This document shows positions 1 to 11,949 of a stretch of 52,982 bases of DNA, in pieces. The translations under genes were made by a program, and so were the position numbers. The notes under the pieces are model-generated. The model saw only the letters and a list, made by a program, of their open reading frames with translations, did no database searches and was not told the origin of the DNA. The stretch lies in assembly GCF_006345805.1 (NCBI RefSeq), contig NW_021835936.1:1-52982 (forward strand), written 5' to 3'. The first letter of the stretch is position 1. Each line of letters begins with the position of its first letter. Origin of the DNA: Octopus sinensis (taxonomy: Eukaryota).

Positions 1-807
1 CTTTCGGGCCGGTGCCGATGGATAATTTCCAGAGGTCGCTCGCCTGGCAGTGCTACCGAGGGGCTCTGCCTGTTCGAGATAAACTCTACTTGCACGGAAG
101 TGCCGTCAGCCGGGCCTGCCCGAGGTGTTGCCAGGACGACGAAACCGTTCTGCACGCACCCGTCCAGTGCCCGAGTATTGCTGAAATATGGGTTTATGTC
201 GAACAGCTACTGTCACGTGTAGGACGGATCCGACTATCGGCCGAATCCATAGTGAAGATTGTCCCGCCGACCTCCTTTAACAAGGAGGGCGAGGCCGTTT
301 TCTTGTGCCTAGTGGCTGTGGCGAAAGAGGTGGTGTGGTGGACTCGTTTGAAAGGGCTAAAGTCAGACACTTTCCTCTTTGGTCAAGGCCTCATCAACTT
401 TTTCAAGTTTCACTTGAAAAGGAAGATGAGGTTAGAGAGGAAAGTGCTGTCCGATAGCAAGTTTTATGAAAGGTGGGTGAATTGTGCGAGACTGGCCAGT
501 ATAAATGGACCAGTTCTCAGGTTTCGCCTGTGATTTCAAAAGGGTAATATAAAAGGAGAAAAAAAGGGACTCTCTACACCCCTTTTTTGGCCAGACTCCC
601 GTTGGCTTTTGTAGGGTTTTTTCCACCAGGAACCTTTCGTAACGCCTCCCCCTTTTGGGAGTTTTTCATTGTTTTATAATTATTGTTATACAGTTTTTAC
701 TCGGATTTTTTAACAAACGGACAAAACCCTTTGTAACCTTTCGTCCTGTTTTGTCCCTTTATGTTTCCAATCATGTGTGTCAGCCCTTGTGGCCAATAAA
801 AAGAATT
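1..807 (+). mobile_element. 3-prime end of a Tx1-like LINE (ORF2 C-terminus with zinc-finger region, 3-prime UTR)
   Basis: ORF 12-533 (NFQRSLAWQCYR, CPRCCQDDETVLHAPVQC) is homologous to the ORF2 end at 31390-31919 but diverged; AATAAA precedes the (ATT)n run. Confidence 0.9.
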
Positions 808-808
808 A

Positions 809-844
<36 letters not shown>

Positions 845-1052
845 ATTATTAATATTATTATTATTATTATTATTATCATTATTATTATTATTAATGTTGT
901 TGTTGTTGCTGCTGCTGCTCTTGCTGTTGTTGTTATTGTTATTATTATTATTATTATTATTATCATTATCATCATCCTCATCATCAACATCATCATCATT
1001 ATTATTATTATTATTATTATTATTTATTATTATTATCATTATCATTATTATT
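808..1052. repeat. (ATT)n/(GTT)n/(ATC)n compound microsatellite
   Basis: Directly visible; explains the poly-I/poly-N ORFs. Confidence 0.97.
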
Positions 1053-1872
1053 CAGTAGTTTTATTTTTATAGCGTGCTTTCACTTCACTACCGAGCGCAG
1101 CTCTGTGTGCCTTGGGTATGTGCTGTGATTTGTTGTGATGCTCTGATGGTTATTGTATGGAAAGTGTTCTGCGTAGGATGTGTGCAGTGCCTAGTAGTGC
1201 AATTTTCTGTATGTTATATGTGTTTGTAAGTCCTGGTGTTTTTGTTATGTATTTGTCTGAATATTTTTTTATCATGCCTAATGCACCTACTATGATAGGA
1301 ATTGTTTCCGTTTTCAGATTCCACATTCTAGTTACCTCTATTTCCAGGTCTTTGTATTTTGAGAGTTTCTCCATTTCTTTTAGAGACACGTTGTCATCTG
1401 CCGGTATTGATACATCAATTAGAAAGCATTTTTTTTCTTCATGATCTCTGACAACTATATCTGGTCTGTTGACCTTAATTTCTCTATCTGTGTGTATCGG
1501 CATATCCCAGAGTATGGTTGCTTTCTCGTTTTCTGTGACCTTTTCTGGTGTGTGCCTATACCATCTTTTTTCTGTTGTTATTCTATAATGTTGGCATAGC
1601 TTCCAGTGTATGTAGGTTCCAACTCTGTCATGTCTATGAATACATTCCTTCTTAGCCAGGACTGGGCAGCTAGAGATAATATGATTTATTGTTTCTTGTC
1701 CATCTCCACATATTCTGCAGTTACTTGTAATATTTCTTTTCATTACATGTTTTTGGTAATTTCTGGTGGGGAGGCTTTGGTCTTGTGCTGCAATTAAAAA
1801 TCCCTCTGTTTCTGCTTTGAGTCCTGAGCTTCTCAACCATTGCTGGGATTTTTCTTTGTCTATTTCTTTTGC
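1053..1872 (-). mobile_element. 5-prime-truncated R4/Dong-clade LINE with CCHC and restriction-like endonuclease
   Basis: ORF 1150-1836: GLKAETEGFLIAAQDQ, CRICGDGQETINHIISSC, RHD, RPDIVV..LIDVSIP; short 3-prime UTR running into (TAA)n. Confidence 0.93.
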
Positions 1873-1952
1873 GTTATTATTATGATTATTATCATTATCA
1901 TTATTATTACTATTATTATTGTTGTTGTTGCTGATGTTGCTGTTGTTTTTAC

Positions 1953-2007
<55 letters not shown>

Positions 2008-2136
2008 ATTATTATTATTAATATTATTATTATTAATATTATTATTATTATTATTGTGATTATTATTATTATTGTTGTTGTTGTTGTTGTTGCTGCTGTT
2101 GCTGTTATTGTTATTATTATTATTATTATTATCATT

Positions 2137-2215
<79 letters not shown>
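1873..2215. repeat. (ATT)n compound microsatellite
   Basis: Directly visible. Confidence 0.97.
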
Positions 2216-5200
2216 TATGTTTGACTTTTGCTTTATATTTGTACAAGTTGGCTCCAAGTCTCACCCAGAGACAACATGATCAATGGTTTTATTTTGTCGT
2301 CGGCATACACGGCATGTTGGGCCACTGCCTTTCTTTAATATGTTGACCAGGTAGTTTCTTGTTAGTCGGCATTGATCTTGAGCTGCTATGATAAACCCTT
2401 CTGTTTCAGATTTTAAGCCAGAGGCCATTAGCCATTGATGGGTCAGGGCTTTGTCGATATCTGCATTATTCGCTCTCTTTGGGTATTTGCCATAGAGAGT
2501 TTTTTCATGCGCCTAGCTTTTTCTGTGCTTGTTTCTTGTATGTCTATCTCTAATTCCGAAATTTGTTGTATTCGGAATTCACTTAGATATTCCTTTGCCT
2601 GTTTCGTTACTGAGTATGATGCTTTCTTGTTTTCATGTTTTGAGACAAGTTTTAACATCCAGTCCTCAGACTTTTTCAGGTAGGTGTCTAGGCCAATTGT
2701 AGCAATCTTCATTGTTATTGCCAGTTGTAAAAGACCACGGCCTCCCTCTTTTCTTGGCAGATAAAGTCGTTCTGTATCTACCTTAGGGTGGTGCATTCTA
2801 TGCATTGTCAACAGTTTTCGTATTTTTCTGTCGAGCTGACATATTTCAGTAATTGACTAGTTAACGATATTGAAACTGTAAGTCACGACTGGTATGGCTA
2901 ATGCATTGATCGCTTCGATCCTGTTTCTTGCATTCAGCTCTGTCTTGAGTATTGCTCTCACTCTTCGATAACATTCTCTCCTGATCCTTTCCTTCATCTC
3001 TGAATGCCTTATTCCGTTCCCTTCAATTACCCCTAGGTACTTGTAGCTCTCCGCTGGGTCTAGTTCTTTTATGACATTCTGCTGGTCAAGGTTAACGTTA
3101 GATATTTCTGTCATTTTTCCTTTGATAAAGGTAGCTTTTGCACATTTATCGAGGCCGAATTGCATTCTGATGTCGTCACTGAATTGTTTGACTATCACTA
3201 CTAAGCCCTTGAGTTGTTGGTCATTTTTTGCAAAAAGCTTTATATCATCCATGTAAATGAAATGATTTATATTTTTATCAAACATTTTATACCCGTACTG
3301 CGCGTCATTGAGCAGTTTTGAGATAGGTATTAAGGCTAAACAAAAGAGGAGTGGTGACAGTGAGTCACCCTGGAAAATGCCACATGAAATGTTTACATCA
3401 CCAGCATTTAGGGATTCATTGTCACTGTTCAGAGTTAGTGTGGTTCTGCATGATCTCATACTTACAGTCAAAACGTTTCGCAGAGTAGGTGCTATCTTAT
3501 ACATTTCCAGGCATTTCCTAATCCAGCTATGTGGTAGGCTATCAAAAGCCTTTTTATAGTCCATCCAGGCTATTGATAAGTTTTTGTGTCGTTTGTGACA
3601 ATCTTCTAAGATCATCTTATTGATGAGTAGTTGATCTTTACAGCCGTAGGATCCACGTTTTTACCTCCTTTCTATTCATTAGTGAATATGCTGCTGTCTG
3701 TTAAAAACTATAAGTATATTCCGTCAGGACAGATTTTAGCGTTTTATACATAGTTGTTAAGCAGGCTATGGGTCTATAGTTTTTTGGTTCATTTGTTTCT
3801 TTACTTTTTGGAAGCAGAAATGTTAACCCATTAACTAGCCAAGGAGGCATCCTACTAGGGTGTTGCAAAACATCATTGTACAGTTCTGTTAGCAGTTCAT
3901 GGCTCTCTGGGAAGGCATTCAGCCAGAAGTTAGGAATTTTATCCTTTCCTGGAGACTTCCATTTGCTTGACCTCCTGAGAGCAGATCTTATATCTTCTAC
4001 CTTGACACCCTCCCACTTCTGCTCTTCTAAGGAGTCCAGTTCTGTAGATATTCTGTCAATCCAGGGGGCCTTTTCGTTGTGTATTTTTTCTTCTGCCCAA
4101 ATTTTATTCCAAAATCCCTGCACTTCTTCTTTTGATGGTACAGACCTTACAGTAAACGCTGTTTTTCCTATCTTCCTGTAAAAATTCTTGGGGTTATTTT
4201 TGAACATGTTGTTGTCCTTGAAAAATCTAACACGCTTTTCATACCTCGCTATGCGGGCAGCTTTGGCAGATACCTTTTGTTTGATGGTTTCTATGGTGGC
4301 ATCAATATCAAGTATAATTTTCATATTGTATTTTTTCAGTATTTTGGGGTTTTTTGTAGGTTTGGTAGTCTTGTGAACCGTAAGGTTTTTCAAATATTCA
4401 ATGTCAGATCTAAATAGTTTAATTTGTTGTTGCAAACGCTCTTGCCAAGAAGGCTTTTTGTGGGAATGTTGCCGTTTTCTAATCTTTACACCACATAGGA
4501 TCGTTGAGATTTTCGCGGATGCATAGTATAGGTGGTTGAGATTTGTGATAGCTGAAATTATATCCTTAAGTGCAAGCCGGATTTTACCAATTATTTTCAT
4601 GTTTTGGTTAGAGTTGCGGATTTTAGGGAGTGTATCACGTTCATCCATGCTGGTTGCTTTAATTTTCAGCCATTCAATCATGAATTATCTATTTGATGTT
4701 CATCTGTCTTAGTGTTTATGATTGGTTCAGGGAGTGTTTCACTTTGCCTATCACTTATACTAACTCTTTCAATCCTTACTTCGTTTTTATCAGCCCTGGG
4801 CTGCTCTATAATTATTTCCTCTGTATTATCTTCTCTAGCTGCAGCTTCGTTCATTTTATCCGATATTGCTTGTCTAACTTGATCAATCTCTACTTCAGTC
4901 AGTGATTTTTTCTTTTATAATGTTTCTTCTGACGTTGGCAAGTTTGTTACTGTCTACGTAGGGTCCTACTTCAGGGTGTTTCTGTCTCCAGTTTATGTAG
5001 GTTTGTACAGTGTTAGATTTATCTGTGGGGAAATATATGGCATGGTAGAAGGCCGCAAGAACTTCTTTATTATCTTCCCTAGACCATTTTTCCTTCTTTT
5101 TCTTTTGATTATTTGGTGACGAGCATGGATGGCCATTTGTTGGAATATTGTGGGGTACGTCCAGCTCCTGTGTGTTGGGAAGATTTGATCCAGTAGCTGA

Positions 5201-5611
5201 TTTTTCAATCAGAATTTGGTTCAATTTCGGGTACGTGGTCTTTGTAATCCGCGCGATGACCAATGCGGTTTTTAGTTTGATTTGTTGACATTGAGCATGA
5301 CGAGCTTCCACTCTTACATTAGGAGATGGATCTGTCAGTTTAGGGTTCTCTACACGTAAGCATTGCTCGTAGCGCAGCTTCTTATGGCTAGTAGATCTGT
5401 ATTCGTCTGTATCTATTTTGTTGATAGTTTTATCTTCGAACATTTTTTCCTTCTCTTCCTTTTTTCCTCTCTCTTTCTTTCTTTCTCCTTCTTCCCCTTT
5501 TTCCTTCCTTCTCTTCCATTTCTCTTTTAAACTTATAAAAGGCTCACTCTGCCTGTATTAGTTCGAAATAATGGAGAATAAAATACGAAGGAAAAAAAGG
5601 AAAAAAAAGGG
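2216..5611 (-). mobile_element. Near-full-length, frameshifted R4/Dong-clade LINE lacking the endonuclease domain
   Basis: ORF pieces 4895-5443, 3701-4681 (SPGKDKIPNFWL, NYRPIAC), 2857-3615 (DYKKAFDS, QGDSLSPLLF, YMDDIKL) and 2443-2811, then ETEGFIIAAQDQ..CRVC..IDHVVSG; (TAA)n on both sides. Confidence 0.92.
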
Positions 5612-5781
5612 ATTATTATTATTATTATCATTATTATTATGATGATATATTATTATTATTATTATTATCATTATTATTATTATTACAATTATTATTGTTG
5701 TTGTTTTTATTGTGTGTTGTTGTTGCTGTTGTTGTTACTGCTATTGGTTTTATTATTGTTATCATTATTATTATTACTATA

Positions 5782-5814
<33 letters not shown>

Positions 5815-5845
5815 CATCATTATTATTGTTATTATTATTATTATT
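5612..5845. repeat. (ATT)n compound microsatellite
   Basis: Directly visible. Confidence 0.97.
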
Positions 5846-6499
5846 CAGTGAGAGCAGTGCATTCCATCAAAGTAGCACTGGGGTAAATTATATGAAGCCC
5901 ACATACCTATCATGACTAACCCGTCATTCAGAACTTTATCTGAATACTCTCAGACAAGAGAAAAACTCCTGCAGCAGTTGACAACAAATGATGATTAATA
6001 TAATTCAGCAAGTGTATAGGAGTCACGACATTCATGTTCTTTCTTTCCATGTGTTAATAACAACAAAAAGAGAAATGGTTCTCGTGAAAACTGAAAAGTT
6101 GTTACATCGCTACATTCTAATAGCCTACAGCTTGAATAAAAAAGTGTCACTTTAAATAAGAGAAAATTCATAGTCACTTGAAATTACTTCATTATATCGT
6201 AGATTAGGCATATTTTGGTGTCGAAAATTTGATGGTTGTGATTTCAAAGTGTCTTTCAGAAGAGCAGTTTAGACGGAATGTTTTGGTGCTAGGATAATTG
6301 TTTTATTCTACGTAACAATTGGTCTTAAAGGAATGCATGAACTGCGGTAGAAACAATAAAAGCAACGATTTGCACTTTCAGTTTCTGAGGCATACGACAG
6401 TGAAAGAATACTCATAATAAACATGGGGGAAAATTAATAGCGATATATTTTTCGCAAATACAGGGTATCAGTTTAGAGACAGTAAAGGAAAAATTAACA

Positions 6500-6870
6500 G
6501 TTGCTCTTCATGGATGATCTGAACCTTTTTAGCAAGAATAAAAAAAGATATTCTTTAAAACAAACTGTAAAACACTTCAGCAAGTTTATAGATATAGGAT
6601 TTTTCATGGATAAGTGTGCAGTATTAGTCATAAAACTGGACAAGTGGTCAGCAATAAAGTCTCCAATTACTAGATGACAAGACTTTAAAATCACTGAAAC
6701 AATGCGAGAGTTATCTGTACCTAGGTGTACTAGAATCTCACAATGTACTAACTATAGAAATTAAAACGGAACTGGAGAAGGCGTAAATAAGAAAGGTGAG
6801 GAAGCTAATGAAATCATAGTCAAATGGACGTATCTAGTGAAGGCTGTAAATACATGGCCACTAACGTTAC
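6500..6870 (+). mobile_element. Decayed R4/Dong-type RT fragment
   Basis: Manual translation gives LFMDDLNLFSKN, MDKCAV and YLYLGVLE, colinear with the RT at 2857-3615. Confidence 0.7.
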
Positions 6871-7111
6871 GTGTATTTACATGGATTAAGTTAGATCAAA
6901 CCAACTGTCATGCAATTCAAAGCAGACTTTACAATGACTGAACACAATACTCTCGGAAATAATCATTTCGACTTATTAAAATGTAAACCAACACATCATT
7001 ATTTATTGTCAACTGCATTAAATATTTGTGAATTTGATAATCTTTCTTTATGCTATTAGATTTACAAAGTGTTAAACTTTTCCAAGAAATAAAGAGTATT
7101 ATTGTACATAC

Positions 7112-7180
7112 ATCTCATTTATGCTGGAAAGGTATGAGAAAGCGCCATCAAATTTTTGTAAACGGTTGTAGCTCAAATTT
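7112..7180 (-). CDS. Single-copy LRR exon (69 nt) NLSYNRLQKFDGAFSYLSSINE
   Basis: T-rich tract, then ctttcAG|AAATTTGAGC...AATGAGAT|GTatgt; phase 2/2; LSYNxL motif; in frame with the 9845 exon. Confidence 0.85.
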
Positions 7181-7343
7181 CTGAAAGAATCAAAGATAAG
7201 TTAAAATACGTAAAAATAAAAACAAACTGTTTTATACCGTAAAATACTTTCTAAATTTCTTTTTTCTCAAATGCAGGGTATCCGTTTAGAGACAGTTTAG
7301 AAACAGAAAAAGACAGTGTGCGTGTGTGTGTGTGGGTGCGTGT

Positions 7344-7375
<32 letters not shown>

Positions 7376-7624
7376 GCATACTGTCTTTTTCTCTCTGTGT
7401 CTGTCTGTGCTATTTTCTCTCTCTTTTTCTCTCTGTCTCTCTCTCAATCTCTGTGTCACACACTTTTGTGTTTCGCTCACCCCATCAATGTGCTGATGGG
7501 GTAAAAGAAAACGCATACACACACATACACACAGACACACACACACAGTGTGTCTTCCTCAATGTTTCTGTATGACACTGTCTTTCTCTCTCTTTCTCTC
7601 TCTATCTGTGTCTCCCTGTGTGTC

Positions 7625-8172
7625 TCTCACTGCAACTCTTTTCAATTGCAATTCCTCGCACAAAACAATCGTCGGCAGGAGCACTACGACACATAACAGT
7701 GGTATCAACAAGCTTCTCAATTGTTCGATGACTGTTCTCCAAGATGAGTTCATGAACTTTTGTGATGTTTTCATTCTTTCGGGAAGTCATTGGTCGCCCT
7801 GAACATAGTTATTTTTCAAGCGACAAGTGACCGTTCCTGGAGTGTGGAAACAACTTGTAAACTTGTGCTTTGCTCCTGGTAACGTCCTTGTCAGTTGTGT
7901 CAAATATGACAATTGTTTCGGCTGCCGCTTTCCCAGCAGAAATCAGAATTTCCCGGATGCACGCTGTTCCTTCGTTCAGCAGCCATCGCAAAAAAATCAA
8001 TAACACAGGAGAAGCACTGCAAAACAACGATACATCACGTGGCAGTACGAGTCTAAATGACAATGCCGGTCGGCACACTGATGTCTGATAGTGGCTTCTA
8101 GCAGAGTAAGACTGAACTACAACTGGTTTAACCCAACAGAGATAATTTCGGTTACTTTTAGGTACCTCATGT
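7625..8172 (-). mobile_element. Mariner transposon 5-prime remnant (N-terminal HTH region)
   Basis: Frameshifted EQRAS.KF.FLLGK / AAET..VYK / SGRPMTSRKNENITKVHELILE..RTIEKLV / EELQLKRVA; TIR-like GAGGTACCTAAAAGTAACCGAAATT at about 8145-8170. Confidence 0.8.
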
Positions 8173-8183
8173 ATAATATATAT

Positions 8184-8228
<45 letters not shown>

Positions 8229-8364
8229 ATTATATAATATATATATATATTATATATATAATATATATATATATATAAATATAATGTAGGATAACATTTT
8301 TTCGGGAAAAACATTTTATCAATGGCCAGCATATCAAAAATACCTTTAAAGGTTACGTTTATAA

Positions 8365-8627
8365 ATAATTTACAAGATAAGGGCAAAAGAAATATTTTGT
8401 AATGCCAAATATGCCGAAAAAAAGACAAAAATTGTCAATAACCATTATAATTTATGCGTCTCGAAACAAATCGATAGAATTTTCAAAAATTCGTTATTAC
8501 CGTATTGGTCCCAATTTCGGGGATAATTCATAAGAATTTTCACTTCATCAGCGATAAATTTTAGTCTTTTTGTCTTTCTTTCGGCATATTTGACATTAGA
8601 ATTTTCCTTTGCCCTTATCTTGTAAAT

Positions 8628-8630
<3 letters not shown>
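8365..8630. mobile_element. Internally deleted MITE with terminal inverted repeats
   Basis: ATAATTTACAAGATAAGGGCAAA..AATATGCCGAAA is mirrored at 8575-8630; same family as the 33206-33782 element. Confidence 0.8.
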
Positions 8631-8700
<70 letters not shown>

Positions 8701-8915
8701 ATATATATATAATATATATATATATACATATATATATGATACAAAAAAGAAAATGGAGAAACAAATTTAGTTTGTTAATCAACTTTCATATATTAGAATG
8801 TTGGATCATATATTCATTTAACAAAATGAGAAACTTAATAGCATACATATATATATCTTATAATTCAGTACATATAAGAATACAAATTATAAAAATCATA
8901 ATATATTATTGTCTA

Positions 8916-8959
<44 letters not shown>

Positions 8960-9844
8960 GTTTCTGTATATATCTGTGAACATGTGTATATATATTTGCA
9001 TGACTATAGTGTATGACTATAAATTGTGTTGTGGTTGTGTATGTGTGTTCGTGTTTGTGTGTGAGTGTGTGTTGTGTGTGTGTGTGTGAGTGTGCGTGTG
9101 TGGTGTGTGTGGTGTGTGTGTGGTGTGTGTGTGTGTGAGTCTGTATCTGTAAATCTGCCTCTCTGTCTGCTATTACAAAAATTTATTGAGTGCAACGAAA
9201 TTCAGTTTACAATTCAGATTCGTCATATTTTTATTTATGTACAGATATATGTGTGTGTATATAAGCATTGTATCTTTGTGTTTGCATCTATGTTACCAAC
9301 CTTAAGTGTTGCTCCTGCTACATCTGTATATTGAAGGTTTTATCAATGTTAATAAAATAGAAACAATTGTAGGCTTTATACTGAGCAAACTAATAAACGC
9401 CACTGTCTCTATATTTATCGTTTCTTGTTAGAAAGTCTGTGTTTCTTTCCGAATTCTGCCATAGGATATTTCTATTTACTTATCATACAGGAGGAATTCA
9501 CCTGGATGTGTATTCTACTTCTTATTACTGGTGCCTAATTGTCGAATATTGTTAGATCTGAATCTCTGGATTCCCCTCGTTGTCCTACATGGCTTTTCCC
9601 TGTATTTGGGAAAATTTGTCTTTAATTGTTAATTGTTACGTTGTTCACATTAATTTATATAAATCACATCACAAACGTAAACGACAAACACTCATTTTCA
9701 TACCCGCGCGCACACACACACCACACACAGAGAAAAAGTGAGCGTCTGTTTGAGAGGATGAAAGAGAGAGCGAAGATAGAAGGGAAGACACATATATATA
9801 GAAACATACAATTAGATTAATAATATCAAAAAGATCAAACTTAC

Positions 9845-9916
9845 ACCCTCTCTAAATTGGTGAGACCCTCGAACGATCCATGTTCAATAATCGCGATTTT
9901 ATTATTGGCTAGATTT
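9845..9916 (-). CDS. LRR exon (72 nt) NLANNKIAIIEHGSFEGLTNLER(V)
   Basis: aattacAG|AAATCTAGCC...GAGAGGGT|GTaagtt; phase 2/2; open frame. Confidence 0.92.
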
Positions 9917-9956
9917 CTGTAATTTGGGAGAGAATTGGTGAGAAATGGTATAAAAA

Positions 9957-9966
9957 TGATTAGTCA
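9957..9966 (-). promoter_or_regulatory. Candidate branch point TGACTAAT (representative of copies upstream of all eight 72-nt exons)
   Basis: ATTAGTCA on + is invariant in all 8 units, about 38-44 nt upstream of the exon; matches the CURAY consensus. Confidence 0.65.
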
Positions 9967-11002
9967 CACAATTTTAAATACGCATATGTCTAATCAACTG
10001 GATGTAGATGTAGAAGAAAAGGAAGTAGAAGTGCAAAAATTAGATGAAGATGAAGATAATGAGGAGTGAAGGTTATGATGATATTGATAATGATAACTTG
10101 TGACGCTATTGACTGATGAGGAAGATGATGCGAATGATGATGTCGTTTATGATGATGATGATGAGATGATAAGGAGTGTGGTGTTGAGGACGGTTAAGCA
10201 CGTTGATGGTCGCGATCATGGCCATGATGCTTATGATGACAATGAAATTATAGAGGTACAAAAAACACAATTTGAAGCGGAGATTACAAGAAAATTATGA
10301 ATTGAAATATGCATGTTTAAATCTGCCTCTCTGTCTGCAATTACAAAAATGTTATTGAGTGCAACGAAATTCAGTTTACAATTCAGATTCGTCATATTTT
10401 TATTATGTATAGATATATGTATGTGTATATAAGCATTGTATCTTTGCGTTTGCATATATATTACCAACCCAAACTGTTGCTCCCGCTACATCTGTATATT
10501 GAAGTTTTTATCAATGTTAATATAATAGAAACCATTGTAGGCTTTATACTGCGAAATCTAATAAACGCAACTGTCTCTATATTTATTGTTTGTTATCAAA
10601 ATGTCTGAATTTTTCCGAATTCTGCCATAGGATATTTCTATTTACTTATCATACAGGAGGAATTCACCTGGATGTGTATTCTACTTCTTATTACTGGTGC
10701 CAATATTGTTAGATTTGAATCTCTGGATCCCCTTGGTCGTCCTACATGGGATTTCCCCGTATTGGGGAATTTTGTCTTTAATCGTTAATTGTTACATTGT
10801 TCACATAAATTTTTTAAAATGACATCACAAACGTAAACCACAAACACTCAGATCCTTAATCATTTTCGTACCCGCATGTACACACACACAGACAAAGTGA
10901 ACGTTTGTTAGAGAGGATGAAACAGAGAGTGAATATAGACGGGCAGACTTTATATGTAGAAACATACAATTAGATTAATAATATCAGGAAGATCAAACTT
11001 AC

Positions 11003-11074
11003 AACTTATATAGATTGGTGAGATCTTCGAACAATCCATGTTCAATAATCGCGATTTTATTATTGGCTAGTTTT
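11003..11074 (-). CDS. LRR exon (72 nt) KLANNKIAIIEHGLFEDLTNLYK(L)
   Basis: aattacAG|AAAACTAGCC...TATAAGTT|GTaagtt; phase 2/2; open frame. Confidence 0.92.
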
Positions 11075-11489
11075 CTGTAATTTGAGAGACAATTGGTGAG
11101 AAATGGTATAAAAATGATTAGTCACACAATTTTAAATACGCATATGTCTAATCAACTGGATGTAGATGTAGAAGAAAAGGAAGTAGAAGTGCAAAAATTA
11201 GATGAAGGTGAAGATAATGAGGACTGAAGGTTATGATGATATTGATAATGATGGCTTGTGACGCAGTTGACTAATGGTGAAGATGATGCTAACGATGATA
11301 TCGTTTATGGTGATGATAATGAGATGATAATGAATGTGGTTGAGCATGGTGATGACCGCGTTCATGGCCATGATGCTTATGACGACAATGAAATTATAGA
11401 GGTACAAAAAATAGAATTGGAAGCGGAGATTACAAGAAAATTATGGAGTAAAATATACATATATATATTGTGATGGATATATATATATA

Positions 11490-11907
11490 TGTCGGTCCCA
11501 TAGGGGATAATGTTACAGTTGTTTATAGCTCCGGGATCATATCTCCGCTAACTGCCAAAACGACACAGCACTTGTGTCTTACTTGTATTTGCAAACTAAT
11601 ATCATGGTTCCCGTCTCTGGTTTTACGTAATAAACACAGGCCCTGATTTCTGGGTAGTAACTCGTCATCGAAACACGGGTGTGTGTGTATCACGTTAGGC
11701 TAGAGATGGCAATGTTTTTTTCCTTTCACATATACTAATCAGACACAGACAGTGTGTCATTAGCCAATTGGAGAAGATGTTCTCCTGGGGCTATAAAAAC
11801 TAGAAGCATCGTTCCCTATGGCACTGACACGTTTACGTGGTAAATATACTTTACGATTCCCTGCTACTACTGTTTACGTCTCACTCACAGATTTAATATT
11901 GCTTTCA
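11490..11907 (+). mobile_element. Candidate solo LTR (418 bp, TG...CA) within TA repeats
   Basis: Begins TGTCGG, ends TTTCA; TATAAAAA at 11792; no coding sequence. Confidence 0.5.
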
Positions 11908-11917
11908 TATATATATC

Positions 11918-11949
<32 letters not shown>

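Noticed and set aside
655-1045. Poly-I/N/Y, IYIY, HTHT and YLSI ORFs here and throughout
   Set aside because: Translations of microsatellites.
5846-5990. Fragment resembling a known cephalopod repeat next to the TAA array
   Set aside because: Short and recognised only from memory; cannot be classified from this window.
5995-6130. Possible next exon after 7112 (FHENHFSFCCY or LLECSDVTTF.. frames)
   Set aside because: The cysteine-cap-like frame stops at once; no convincing domain match without transcripts.
8100-8170. YLKVTEIISVGLNQL as a tenth LRR exon
   Set aside because: In-frame stop, no donor at 69-75 nt, and it overlaps the mariner TIR-like end.
10100-10300. Asp-rich plus-strand ORFs repeated in several units
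   Set aside because: GAT-rich intronic tract; paralogs differ by frameshifts and stops.
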